From Erysipelotrichaceae bacterium MTC7 (GTDB lineage Bacteria > Bacillota_I > Bacilli_A > Erysipelotrichales > Erysipelotrichaceae), in contig LVZN01000001.1 of NCBI GenBank assembly GCA_001695645.1, positions 240,001 to 272,000 of the forward strand: a stretch of DNA of 32,000 bases. The letters run 5' to 3'. Below, piece after piece: positions 9,001-16,998 of the stretch. A program made the position numbers and the translations under genes. The notes below the pieces were generated by a model. The model was given only the letters and a program-made list of their open reading frames with translations, did not search any database and was not told where the DNA came from. Within the stretch, counting starts at the first letter, position 1. Every line of letters starts with the position of its first letter.

Positions 9001-9799
9001 AGTCTTTAACAAGTAATACGGCATCGTCGTTAAGTTCTTCACCAGTTGCTGTTTCAAACTTTTGTAGAAGATCTTTCACGGTTAAGTTTTTCTTTTCTTC
9101 CCCTTTGATATCAAAAATAATTTTTCCTTCATTCATCATAATCAAACGATTTCCGTAAGTAATTGCATCTTTCATATTATGGGTAACCATAAAGGCTGTT
9201 AGGTTCTCCTCTTTGATGATCTCATCGGTTAACGTTAACACTTTTTTTGCTGTTTTTGGATCAAGCGCTGCTGTATGTTCATCCAGCAACAAAATCTTTG
9301 GTTTCTGTAAGGTTGCCATCAATAAGGTAAGTGCTTGTCGTTGTCCTCCCGAAAGCAATCCAACTTTTGCATCCAAACGATTTTCTAAGCCCAAATCAAA
9401 TTTTTCCAATCGTTTCTTTAGCGTCTCTTTTTCATGTTGTGTTATTCCCCAACGCAAGCCGCGTTTCTTACCGCGACGATTTGCCATGGCTAGGTTTTCT
9501 GCAATTCCCATATCTGCTGCGGTTCCCATCATCGGATCTTGGAATACACGACCAATCAAACGACTGCGTTTGTATTCTGGATAAAGTGAAATGTTTTCCC
9601 CTGCAAGTTCGATGGTTCCACAATCGATTGGGTACACACCAGCGATCAAGTTTAAAACCGTACTTTTCCCAGCACCATTTCCCCCAATCACGGTAACGAA
9701 GTCTCCTTCATCTAATGTTAAGTTAATTTGGTCAATTGCCTTTTTTTCATTCACTGTTCCAAGGTTGAAAGTTTTTGATACTTTTGTAATTTTAAGCAT
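8999..9799 (-). CDS. ABC transporter ATP-binding protein (COG1101-type)
   Basis: Walker A is GGNGAGKST, the signature is LSGGQRQ and Walker B is LLLDEHTAALD. The start is translationally coupled to the permease stop. Confidence 0.9.
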   Translation of the reverse strand: MLKITKVSKTFNLGTVNEKKAIDQINLTLDEGDFVTVIGGNGAGKSTVLNLIAGVYPIDCGTIELAGENISLYPEYKRSRLIGRVFQDPMMGTAADMGIAENLAMANRRGKKRGLRWGITQHEKETLKKRLEKFDLGLENRLDAKVGLLSGGQRQALTLLMATLQKPKILLLDEHTAALDPKTAKKVLTLTDEIIKEENLTAFMVTHNMKDAITYGNRLIMMNEGKIIFDIKGEEKKNLTVKDLLQKFETATGEELNDDAVLLVKD

Positions 9800-9800
9800 A

Positions 9801-10721
9801 TTATTTACCTTCCTTCCCTGTTAATTTTTTGTATAGATTGACTTGTTTACGTTTTGTCATCATAACCGGTAATGCCAAAGATACTCCAACTAAGATTGCT
9901 GATAACAACTTAAGATCATCGGTTTGCATTCCCATTCGTAGTACGATCGCAATAATCACACGATATACAATTGATCCAACCACAATGGATGTTAAACGCA
10001 ATTTAAATCCACGTTTATTTCCAAATAGGACTTCTCCAATCACGATCGAAGCTAATCCAATTACAATGGCACCAACTCCCATTTTTACATCTGCATACCC
10101 TTGTGATTGCGTGACAAGTGCTCCAGAAAAAGCAACAAGTCCATTGGCAATCATAATCGCGATGATCTTTGTAGTTTTGGTATTCACACTCAACGCACTT
10201 GCCATGCGCTCATTATTTCCTGTTGCCCGAATGGCTGATCCAATTTCGGTTCCAAAAAACCAGTATAAAACGACAATCACTAAGATGACCACTAGTACGC
10301 CTACCACCAAGCTGGCTTGGGCAGCACTTAATCCAGTTAATTCACTAATACTTTTAAAGACCGTATCACTTTGCATTAACGGTAAGTTACTTCTACCCAT
10401 AATGCGTAAATTAATCGAATACAATCCAATTTGTGTAAGAATTCCAGCTAAAATTGCTGGTATCTCAAATTTGGTAATTAACAATCCGGTAATAAATCCA
10501 CAAATACAACCAGCAACCATCGCAAGCAACACTGCTAGTATTGGATTCATACCACCGACGATACAAACCGCACAAACAGCTCCACCTGTTGCAAACGATC
10601 CATCCACTGTCATATCTGCGATATCAAGAATACGGAACGTAATGTATACACCTAAGGCCATAATCCCCCAGATGATACCTTGTGCTACCGCTCCTTGCAA
10701 CGATAATAATAATCCCGTCAT
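9801..10721 (-). CDS. ABC transporter permease (COG4120-type)
   Basis: 306-aa polytopic membrane protein with RBS AGGAGA. It lies between the binding-protein gene and the ATPase gene. Confidence 0.85.
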   Translation of the reverse strand: MTGLLLSLQGAVAQGIIWGIMALGVYITFRILDIADMTVDGSFATGGAVCAVCIVGGMNPILAVLLAMVAGCICGFITGLLITKFEIPAILAGILTQIGLYSINLRIMGRSNLPLMQSDTVFKSISELTGLSAAQASLVVGVLVVILVIVVLYWFFGTEIGSAIRATGNNERMASALSVNTKTTKIIAIMIANGLVAFSGALVTQSQGYADVKMGVGAIVIGLASIVIGEVLFGNKRGFKLRLTSIVVGSIVYRVIIAIVLRMGMQTDDLKLLSAILVGVSLALPVMMTKRKQVNLYKKLTGKEGK

Positions 10722-10731
10722 AATCTTTCTC

Positions 10732-11709
10732 CTATTTCACTATTTTTGCGTTTTTTAATAATTCTTCTGGAATTGTAATTCCCAACTTTTTCGCTGTTGT
10801 TTCATTGAATCCCATTTCCAATTTGTCTTCTGCCGAGTATTCGATTGGCATATCTTTTGGCTCAGCTTCACCTCTTAAAATTTTTGCTGCTTGTTTACCT
10901 GCAAGGTAGCCAATGTCGTAGTAGTTAATTCCATATGTTGCAAGAGCCCCTTTTTCTACCATGGCAATTTCTCCTACCACTGTTGGCATGTTGTGTTCAT
11001 TGGTCACACTTACAACATTGGCAATACTTTCACTAACCATGTTGTCTGTTGGCACGTAAATTGCATCTATTTTACCGACTAAACTTTCTGCAACTTGTTG
11101 CACTTGGTTAGATTCCGAAACGGTTGCCGCTTCCACTTTCACCCCTTTTGCCTCCAATGCTTTTTTGGCAATTTCAAATTGAAGTTCACTATTACGTTCG
11201 GCATTTGTATACATAACTGCAACCGATTTTACTTCTGGTGCCAGTTTCAACAATAAATCAATTTGATCTGCAACTGGTGTTAAATCACTAACTCCGGTAA
11301 CATTTCCGCCAGGTTTTTTATTCGACTTTACTAGTTTTGAATCCTCTGGGTTGGTCACCGCCGAAATCACAATTGGTATTTCTGAAGTTTTTTGTGCTGC
11401 GGCAATCGCACTTGGTGTTGCAATCGCATAAATTAAATCATTTCCATCGTTTACTAATTTATCAGCAATGGTTTCTGCATTACTACCTTCTCCTTGTGCA
11501 TTTTGATCATCAAAGGTGATGTTTTTCCCCTCTTCAAATCCTTCATCTTTTAATGCTTCAAGAAATCCATCATGTGCAGCATCCAATGCTGGGTGTTGTG
11601 CATACTGAATAATCCCTACTTTTTTCATCCCCTCTGTATCATCATTACAAGCCACTAAGCCTACCATCATAAGTAAACTAATGCAAATCATCAATCCTTT
11701 TTTCATCAT
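10732..11709 (-). CDS. ABC transporter substrate-binding lipoprotein (COG2984 / ABC_sub_bind family), copy 2
   Basis: The lipobox is LVAC. The conserved core reads VGIIQYAQHPALD...IYAIATPSA...GGNVTGVSD. It is a paralogue of 12017..12997. Confidence 0.85.
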   Translation of the reverse strand: MMKKGLMICISLLMMVGLVACNDDTEGMKKVGIIQYAQHPALDAAHDGFLEALKDEGFEEGKNITFDDQNAQGEGSNAETIADKLVNDGNDLIYAIATPSAIAAAQKTSEIPIVISAVTNPEDSKLVKSNKKPGGNVTGVSDLTPVADQIDLLLKLAPEVKSVAVMYTNAERNSELQFEIAKKALEAKGVKVEAATVSESNQVQQVAESLVGKIDAIYVPTDNMVSESIANVVSVTNEHNMPTVVGEIAMVEKGALATYGINYYDIGYLAGKQAAKILRGEAEPKDMPIEYSAEDKLEMGFNETTAKKLGITIPEELLKNAKIVK

Positions 11710-11739
11710 AATTCTCCTTCCATCTCATATTTTAGATAT

Positions 11740-11980
11740 AAAAAAACCGTCCCCAAATGAGGACGATTAGAAAACCGCGGTACCACCTCTGTTTTATACA
11801 AATGTATAACAACTCGAAACACGATAATGGGTGTTAACCAGAGGTAGCCTACTTATAAACCTTATATGTTCGGTACTCAACTCCGTGATGTATTCATTTA
11901 CCTTCTTATGTGCTATTTTCACCACCATAGCATCTCTTGTTTCCAAAGGATCATTACTTGTTCACTTCTTCGTCTATCTT
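11740..11980 (-). promoter_or_regulatory. T-box leader, specifier read as UAC (Tyr)
   Basis: All on the minus strand. Stem I has the AGTA S-turn, AGAGA bulge and distal loop GCTA-tggtggtgaaaa-TAGC. The specifier loop reads GAA-TAC-A-TCAC, with the codon at plus 11890..11892. The T-box core AGAGGTGGTACCGCGG is at 11775..11787. The terminator CGTCCTC-attt-GGGGACG plus T-run is at 11740..11765. Confidence 0.85.
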
Positions 11981-11986
11981 GATTCA

Positions 11987-12015
11987 ATTGTAGTTGACTC
12001 GATAAAGCTTGTCAA
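11987..12015 (-). promoter_or_regulatory. sigma-A promoter driving the Tyr T-box leader
   Basis: TTGACA (12015..12010), a 17-nt spacer and TACAAT (11992..11987). It starts 2 nt after the upstream binding-protein stop codon. Confidence 0.7.
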
Positions 12016-12016
12016 A

Positions 12017-12997
12017 TTAATCCAAGACCGTTGCATCTTTTAGTAATGCAGCAGGAACATCAATTTTTACTTTATCAGCAACTTTTTGGTTGATGACTAG
12101 TTCTAGATCATCACCTTTCAAGTATTCAATTGGCATATCAGCAGCAACTGCTTCACCACGTAAAATTTTTGCAGCTTGTTTTCCAGCAAGTTGACCAAGT
12201 TTGTAATAATCAATTGCATAAGATGCAAGACCACCACCTTCAGTCATTCCTTTTTCACCAACAATGCAAGGGATTCCTTTCTCGTTGGTTACTTGTGTTA
12301 CCGTTGCAATTCCTTCAGCAAGTAAGTTGTCAGTTGGAATGTAAACCGCATCGACTTGTCCGACTAAACTTTCCGCAACTTGTTGAATTTGACTAATATC
12401 AGAAACGGTTGTTTCTTGAAATGCAATTCCTTCTTTTTTAAGTGCTTCAGCTGCAATGTCTGCTTGAAACTTCGAATTGTCTTCAGAGTTTGTATACATG
12501 ATTGCTACTTTTTGCACATCTGGAAGCAATTGTTTGATTAATGAAATTTGTTCCGCAACTGGTGTTAAATCACTAACCCCTGTTACATTTCCACCTGGTT
12601 CTTTGTTGCTTTTTACAATACCAGCTGTTTCTGGATCAGTTACCGCATTCACAACAATTGGAATCTCAGATGTTTTTTGCGCAACCGCTTGTGCACTTGG
12701 TGTTGCAATCGCATAGATTAAATCCGGATTGTCGTTTACCAGTTTATCAGCAATGGTTTCATTCGTTGAACTATCGCTTTGTGCGTTGTTTCGATTGATT
12801 GTTAGGTTTTTGCCTTCTTCGAATCCTTCATCTTTTAATGCATCGATAAATCCTTCATACGTTTTATCCAACGCAGGGTGTTCTGCATATTGGATGATTC
12901 CAACCGTTGCATGTCCTTCTGCTTTTTCTTCTTCATTACATGCAGTAAGCGCAACACACATACAAAGCAGCAATGTTAATACACCAATTCTTTTCAT
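12017..12997 (-). CDS. ABC transporter substrate-binding lipoprotein (COG2984 / ABC_sub_bind family), copy 1
   Basis: Start at 12997 with RBS GGGGGAAG. The lipobox is LTAC. By eye it is about two-thirds identical to copy 2 (not computed). Confidence 0.85.
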   Translation of the reverse strand: MKRIGVLTLLLCMCVALTACNEEEKAEGHATVGIIQYAEHPALDKTYEGFIDALKDEGFEEGKNLTINRNNAQSDSSTNETIADKLVNDNPDLIYAIATPSAQAVAQKTSEIPIVVNAVTDPETAGIVKSNKEPGGNVTGVSDLTPVAEQISLIKQLLPDVQKVAIMYTNSEDNSKFQADIAAEALKKEGIAFQETTVSDISQIQQVAESLVGQVDAVYIPTDNLLAEGIATVTQVTNEKGIPCIVGEKGMTEGGGLASYAIDYYKLGQLAGKQAAKILRGEAVAADMPIEYLKGDDLELVINQKVADKVKIDVPAALLKDATVLD

Positions 12998-13026
12998 AAA
13001 ACACTTCCCCCTATGACTCAAAAAAC

Positions 13027-13249
13027 AAAAAAAGTCCTCAAATATGAGGACGATGATTCACCGCGTTACCACCTCGTTTGTCATCTTTTGATGACCACTT
13101 TGGTACACAAGATAATGGTTGTTAACCAGCTTGCCTTTTGTGACAAGCAACTCCATGATGAATTCAAAACTCTTCTTCGTGTTATTTGCACCAACCATAA
13201 CATCTCTAATTTCCAAAAAGTATCTACTACTTCACTTCTTTGTTTTATT
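13027..13249 (-). promoter_or_regulatory. T-box leader, specifier read as UUC (Phe)
   Basis: All on the minus strand. It has GTGA-agt-AGTA, AGAGA and the distal loop GTTAT-ggttggtgcaa-ATAAC. The specifier loop reads GAA-TTC-A-TCA, with the codon at plus 13160..13162. The T-box core GAGGTGGTAACGCGG is at 13061..13073. The terminator GTCCTCA-tatt-TGAGGAC plus T7 is at 13027..13051. Confidence 0.85.
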
Positions 13250-13255
13250 ATATTC

Positions 13256-13284
13256 ATTTTACCGACAATGTAAAAGTATGTCAA
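13256..13284 (-). promoter_or_regulatory. sigma-A promoter driving the Phe T-box leader
   Basis: TTGACA (13284..13279), a 17-nt spacer and TAAAAT (13261..13256). Confidence 0.7.
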
Positions 13285-13343
13285 TCATAATTGGAACTTT
13301 TTACATTAAATGAAAAATTTTTCATTTAAGCAAATTATTTTTT

Positions 13344-14228
13344 TTAAATCTGTGCAAGTATTTTTGTGAGTTGCTCCATGGATACGATGGTTTGTTTGTG
13401 ATCAACTTCTGGCTCGAGTGACAACACGCCTTGATAACTTGGCTTCATCAATGTGAATAGTTCCATATAATCGATGTCTCCGGCTACTACATTGGTGTGT
13501 AAAAATGGTTTTTGATAACTTGGATCATAGTGATAGTTTTTGATATGCACATGCCCAATGGCTTGCTGAATCAAATCGTATTCTTGATGTAAATCACATT
13601 GGAGATATGCTTGCGGTACCTTATGTTTCTCTGCACGATATGAGTTAGCAGGATCCCACAGCAATTGTAAATGTTTATGGTTCACCTGTTGGACAACCTT
13701 AAACGTCATTTCCCCCTTCGGTAAATGTGAGTATGGGCAGTTCTCTAAAACCAACGTACGATCATAGCTTTGGGCAATATCTGCTGCTTTACGTAGATGT
13801 TTGCTAATCTCTTTTATGTCAGCATCTGTACCTACGACAACCACATCTTCGTTATCAGGAAAACGAAAAGGAAATATGCGAACCGTTGGACACTGCAACT
13901 CTTGTGCAGCTTTACATGCGCGATGTAAGTATTGTAAATGTGTTTTGACATCACCTTCGATGGTGTAAAATGCAGGATTGAATAATGAAACTTTATAATG
14001 CGGATAAAGCGGGCACAAAAAGAACACCGTACTTGCGATATTGCATACCTGTAGTTGGTATCGTTCAACAATCTTCTTAATTTGTTGAACCTCTTCATCA
14101 TTACACGCCTCAATCGTTTTACCAAAGACATTATGTAGTTCAATATACTTGTAACCATCATCACAAATAATTTGACATGCTTTTTCTAAATCCTCATGCA
14201 CTTGATCTGTAATAATTGCTTTTTGCAT
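13344..14228 (-). CDS. sugar phosphate isomerase/epimerase (xylose-isomerase-like TIM barrel) family protein
   Basis: Start at 14228 with RBS GGGAGGGA. Length of about 294 aa and motifs such as YIELH, LVLEN and LSLE are typical of the AP_endonuc_2/TIM-barrel family. Specific function is unknown. Confidence 0.55.
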   Translation of the reverse strand: MQKAIITDQVHEDLEKACQIICDDGYKYIELHNVFGKTIEACNDEEVQQIKKIVERYQLQVCNIASTVFFLCPLYPHYKVSLFNPAFYTIEGDVKTHLQYLHRACKAAQELQCPTVRIFPFRFPDNEDVVVVGTDADIKEISKHLRKAADIAQSYDRTLVLENCPYSHLPKGEMTFKVVQQVNHKHLQLLWDPANSYRAEKHKVPQAYLQCDLHQEYDLIQQAIGHVHIKNYHYDPSYQKPFLHTNVVAGDIDYMELFTLMKPSYQGVLSLEPEVDHKQTIVSMEQLTKILAQI

Positions 14229-14385
14229 AACACTCCCTCCCATTGTTATAACATTATATCACTTTACCAAATCTTTTGTTACCCATCTTCTCTTTTCTTT
14301 TTGAAATGAAATTTATATACAGTTTTCGAATGGTAAAAGCTTAGTTTTCACAGCATATTCAAGAACAACCAATCGCTAAGACAAT

Positions 14386-14413
14386 AAAAAAACACCAGTT
14401 TTTACACTGATGT
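14386..14413 (-). terminator. rho-independent terminator after tRNA-Asn
   Basis: Minus-strand RNA folds as ACAUCAG-uguaaaaa-CUGGUGU followed by U7. Confidence 0.65.
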
Positions 14414-14425
14414 TTATACGCTTCA

Positions 14426-14501
14426 TGGCGCCTGAAACAGGACTTGAACCTGTGACCGTTCGGTTAACAGCCGAGTGCTCTACCAACTGAGCTATTCAGG
14501 C
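14426..14501 (-). tRNA. tRNA-Asn (anticodon GTT), CCA encoded
   Basis: Hand-folded cloverleaf. The acceptor stem is GCCTGAA/TTCAGGC, the anticodon loop is CT-GTT-AA, the T-loop is GGTTCAAGTCC and the 3' end is GCCA. Length is 76 nt. Confidence 0.9.
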
Positions 14502-14568
14502 ATTGCTTTGTTATTATAGCAAAGAAAAAGTACTCTGACAAGTACCTTTTCTTAAAAAGTTCGAAAAA

Positions 14569-15342
14569 TTAATTGCGCTTAGATGCGTCTTGTAGAAAGC
14601 TAAAATTGTTGCCATTTCCCGCGATAATTCCAATGGGTTGATCGTATCTCCAAGCATCTGGTTGGATTGGTTCAATGATACCTCCAGCCTCTTCGATAAT
14701 GATACGTCCAGCCGAAAAATCCCAAGGGCTCAAAGAAGCTTCAAAGAAGCCATCAACTCGTCCACTTGCAACATAACATAAGTCCAAAACCGCACTCCCA
14801 CTTCGGCGAATATCACGACCTGCTAAAAACAATTTGCGTAATGTAGAAAATGTATAATCTACATTCTCTGCTTTTTTATAAGGTGCTGTTCCAACAACAA
14901 ACAAGCTATGTGTTACATCTGCTTGATTTACCTGGATTGGATTTCCATTCAAGAAACTACCTTCACCCTTCAAGGCATAAAACAATTCATTTAGATACGG
15001 ATTATACACAACACCCATAATGCTTTTTTGTTTATAAAGCAGGGCAATGGATACACAACTTAACTTCATGTCATAATAAAAATTAGTCGTTCCGTCAATC
15101 GGATCAATCACCCATACATAGCCATCGTCATAATCCTTTACATCATTTTCTTCAGCAATTATTTTTGCCTCAGGTAAAATATAACGTAAACGTTCAATAA
15201 TCATTTCTTGGGTTTTGACATCCGTGCTTGTAACTATATTACTTGCTCCATCTTTCTCGTTAATTTTAAAATCTCGTTGTTCTTTAAAATAGCGACCAGC
15301 TTCCACTGCAATCGTTTTCACTTGGTTTAACACATCTAACAT
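14569..15342 (-). CDS. inositol monophosphatase family protein (SuhB-like)
   Basis: Start at 15342 with GGAGG 5 nt upstream. The IMPase signature WVIDPIDGTTNF and the downstream SGSAVLDLCYVASG-type motif are present. Confidence 0.85.
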   Translation of the reverse strand: MLDVLNQVKTIAVEAGRYFKEQRDFKINEKDGASNIVTSTDVKTQEMIIERLRYILPEAKIIAEENDVKDYDDGYVWVIDPIDGTTNFYYDMKLSCVSIALLYKQKSIMGVVYNPYLNELFYALKGEGSFLNGNPIQVNQADVTHSLFVVGTAPYKKAENVDYTFSTLRKLFLAGRDIRRSGSAVLDLCYVASGRVDGFFEASLSPWDFSAGRIIIEEAGGIIEPIQPDAWRYDQPIGIIAGNGNNFSFLQDASKRN

Positions 15343-15483
15343 AGCAACCTCCATACATCGTATCCTATACTATCATATTCTGTACCAATCGCCTATAACT
15401 TCATAACAAATAGTTCAAGGTTCGCGGATTTAAATACCTTAAAAAGAAGGAATAAAAATTTTCATTTTTTATTATTTTTCATA

Positions 15484-15511
15484 TTGCATTTTATTTTCGC
15501 TATGCTATAAT
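15484..15511 (+). promoter_or_regulatory. sigma-A promoter for the tRNA cluster
   Basis: TTGCAT (15484..15489), a 16-nt spacer and an extended -10 TGCTATAAT ending at 15511. It lies 12 nt before the first tRNA. Confidence 0.6.
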
Positions 15512-15523
15512 ATAAAAGCACTT

Positions 15524-15606
15524 GCGCGTGTGGCGAAATTGGCAGACGCACCAGACTTAGGATCTGGCGGGCAACCGTGGGGGTTCGAGTCCCTTCACGC
15601 GCACCA
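15524..15606 (+). tRNA. tRNA-Leu (anticodon TAG), CCA encoded
   Basis: The acceptor stem is GCGCGTG/CACGCGC, the anticodon stem-loop is CCAGA-CTTAGGA-TCTGG, and it has a long variable arm and the T-loop TTCGAGT. Length is 83 nt. Confidence 0.9.
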
Positions 15607-15617
15607 TTTGTATTTGG

Positions 15618-15691
15618 GGTTCCTTAGCCAAGTGGTAAGGCAATAGACTGCAACTCTGTGATCACCAGTTCAAATCTGGTAGGAACCTCCA
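15618..15691 (+). tRNA. tRNA-Cys (anticodon GCA), CCA encoded
   Basis: The acceptor stem is GGTTCCT/AGGAACC, the anticodon stem-loop is ATAGA-CTGCAAC-TCTGT and the T-arm is ACCAG-TTCAAAT-CTGGT. Length is 74 nt. Confidence 0.9.
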
Positions 15692-15726
15692 TTTTTGAAA
15701 TTGTGATAAAGTGTGCAATAAAATAT

Positions 15727-15813
15727 CGGGCCGTGGCGGAATAGGCAGACGCAACGGACTTAAAATCCGTTGAGGGCAACCTCGTGGGGGTTCAAGTCCC
15801 CCCGGCCCGACCA
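15727..15813 (+). tRNA. tRNA-Leu (anticodon TAA), CCA encoded
   Basis: The acceptor stem is CGGGCCG/CGGCCCG, the anticodon stem-loop is ACGGA-CTTAAAA-TCCGT, the long variable arm is GAGG-gcaa-CCTC and the T-arm is GGGGG-TTCAAGT-CCCCC. Length is 87 nt. Confidence 0.9.
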
Positions 15814-15852
15814 TTTTTCAAAAAAATGGCAAAAAGCCTATAAATACAAACG

Positions 15853-15882
15853 AAACCTAGACATTGCTGTCTAGGTTTTTTT
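15853..15882 (+). terminator. rho-independent terminator after the tRNA cluster
   Basis: AAACCTAGACA-ttgc-TGTCTAGGTTTTTTT. Confidence 0.75.
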
Positions 15883-15929
15883 CTATACTTTTTGTTCAAA
15901 AGGATAAAACAGACTATTTTCTAATCCAT

Positions 15930-16745
15930 TTAATAAGTAATAATTTCACATCCATCATCGGTTACAAGCACAGTGTTCTCCCATTGTGCAGAAGGTTTTT
16001 GATCGCATGTGTAGATGGTCCATCCATTATCCGCATCTTGAAAGATATCAGGACCTCCTGCATTTAGCATTGGTTCAATGGTAAAAACCATGCCCGGTGC
16101 CAGTAACATTCCCGTATCTTTTTTGGTTGTGAAGCCAACCCATGGTTCTTCATGAAATTCAAGGCCAACACCATGACCACCAATTTCTCTAACCACTGTA
16201 TACCCATGCTTACTCGCATACGCATTCACCGCTGCACCTACATTTCCTAAGCGTGTCCACGGTTTAACTTGTCGAATTCCTTCCATCATCGCTTCCCTTG
16301 TGACATCAACTAAGCGTTGCTTATCTTTTGGAACTTCGCCAACGCCATACATGCGTGAAGAATCTGAAAAATATCCATTGTAGATGGTCGAAACATCGAT
16401 ATTGACAATATCGCCTTCCATCAAAATTTCTTTGCTCGAAGGAATTCCATGACATACTTGATCATCAATGGAGATACAGCAACTTTTAGGAAACCCTTCA
16501 TAATTTAAAGGTGCTGGTGTTGCTCCTAACTCGATTGTTTTTTCGTGAATAAGCGTATCTACAAATGCTGTTGTCACTCCCGGCTTTACAAAATCTTCGA
16601 TGTAGTCTAATAATGCAATATTAATTGCACTACTTTGTTTAATACCTTCGATTTGTTCGGGTGTTTTTATCAAATCCATACTTGGCACTTCATAACCAAG
16701 ACTTTTGTATTCATCTAACTTCGCTTTTATTTCATCTCTATTCAT
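15930..16745 (-). CDS. map: type I methionine aminopeptidase
   Basis: 271-aa ORF with metal-ligand context typical of MetAP-I (DIVNIDVS, GHGVG, FTIEP, WENTVLVT) and an N-terminal extension. Confidence 0.85.
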   Translation of the reverse strand: MNRDEIKAKLDEYKSLGYEVPSMDLIKTPEQIEGIKQSSAINIALLDYIEDFVKPGVTTAFVDTLIHEKTIELGATPAPLNYEGFPKSCCISIDDQVCHGIPSSKEILMEGDIVNIDVSTIYNGYFSDSSRMYGVGEVPKDKQRLVDVTREAMMEGIRQVKPWTRLGNVGAAVNAYASKHGYTVVREIGGHGVGLEFHEEPWVGFTTKKDTGMLLAPGMVFTIEPMLNAGGPDIFQDADNGWTIYTCDQKPSAQWENTVLVTDDGCEIITY

Positions 16746-16865
16746 TTGTTATTCCTCCAAATACATATTTTAATATATTATACGACTTTTTATTATAAAA
16801 CACACGTTTCAACATACTACAAGACTTTACTTAGATTTGCTTACTTTTTGATTTTGTGCATAACG

Positions 16866-16910
16866 AAAAACCCTCTGATGTAAGTTTAGACTTAATTACA
16901 ACGAGGGTTT
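16866..16910 (-). terminator. putative terminator after the 1846-aa GH92-like gene
   Basis: Minus strand reads AACCCTC, a 26-nt loop, GAGGGTT, then TTTTCG. The large loop and short T-run make it a weak call. Confidence 0.4.
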
Positions 16911-16998
16911 CTACATTTTTCTTAAGTTCTCGTGATGAGACCTAATTTCTAGAATCTAGCTTATGCATTTTTTGATTGTTGATACATTTATATAAATT

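Noticed and set aside
9829-10758. 309-aa plus-strand ORF covering almost the whole ABC permease gene on the opposite strand
   Set aside because: It is an antisense shadow ORF. It has no RBS and a low-complexity Pro/Thr/Ile-rich composition. The minus-strand permease has an RBS, is translationally coupled to its neighbours and has a clear family identity.
11831-12043. 70-aa plus-strand ORF. ORFs at 13013..13313 on both strands fall in the same category.
   Set aside because: These intervals are fully explained on the minus strand as T-box leader RNAs with promoters and terminators. The ORFs lack RBSs and are antisense to structured RNA.
14386-15882. tRNA genes as a possible integration site or genomic-island boundary
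   Set aside because: There is no integrase, no direct repeat of a tRNA 3' end and no mobile-element gene on either side within the window. The flanking genes are ordinary housekeeping genes.
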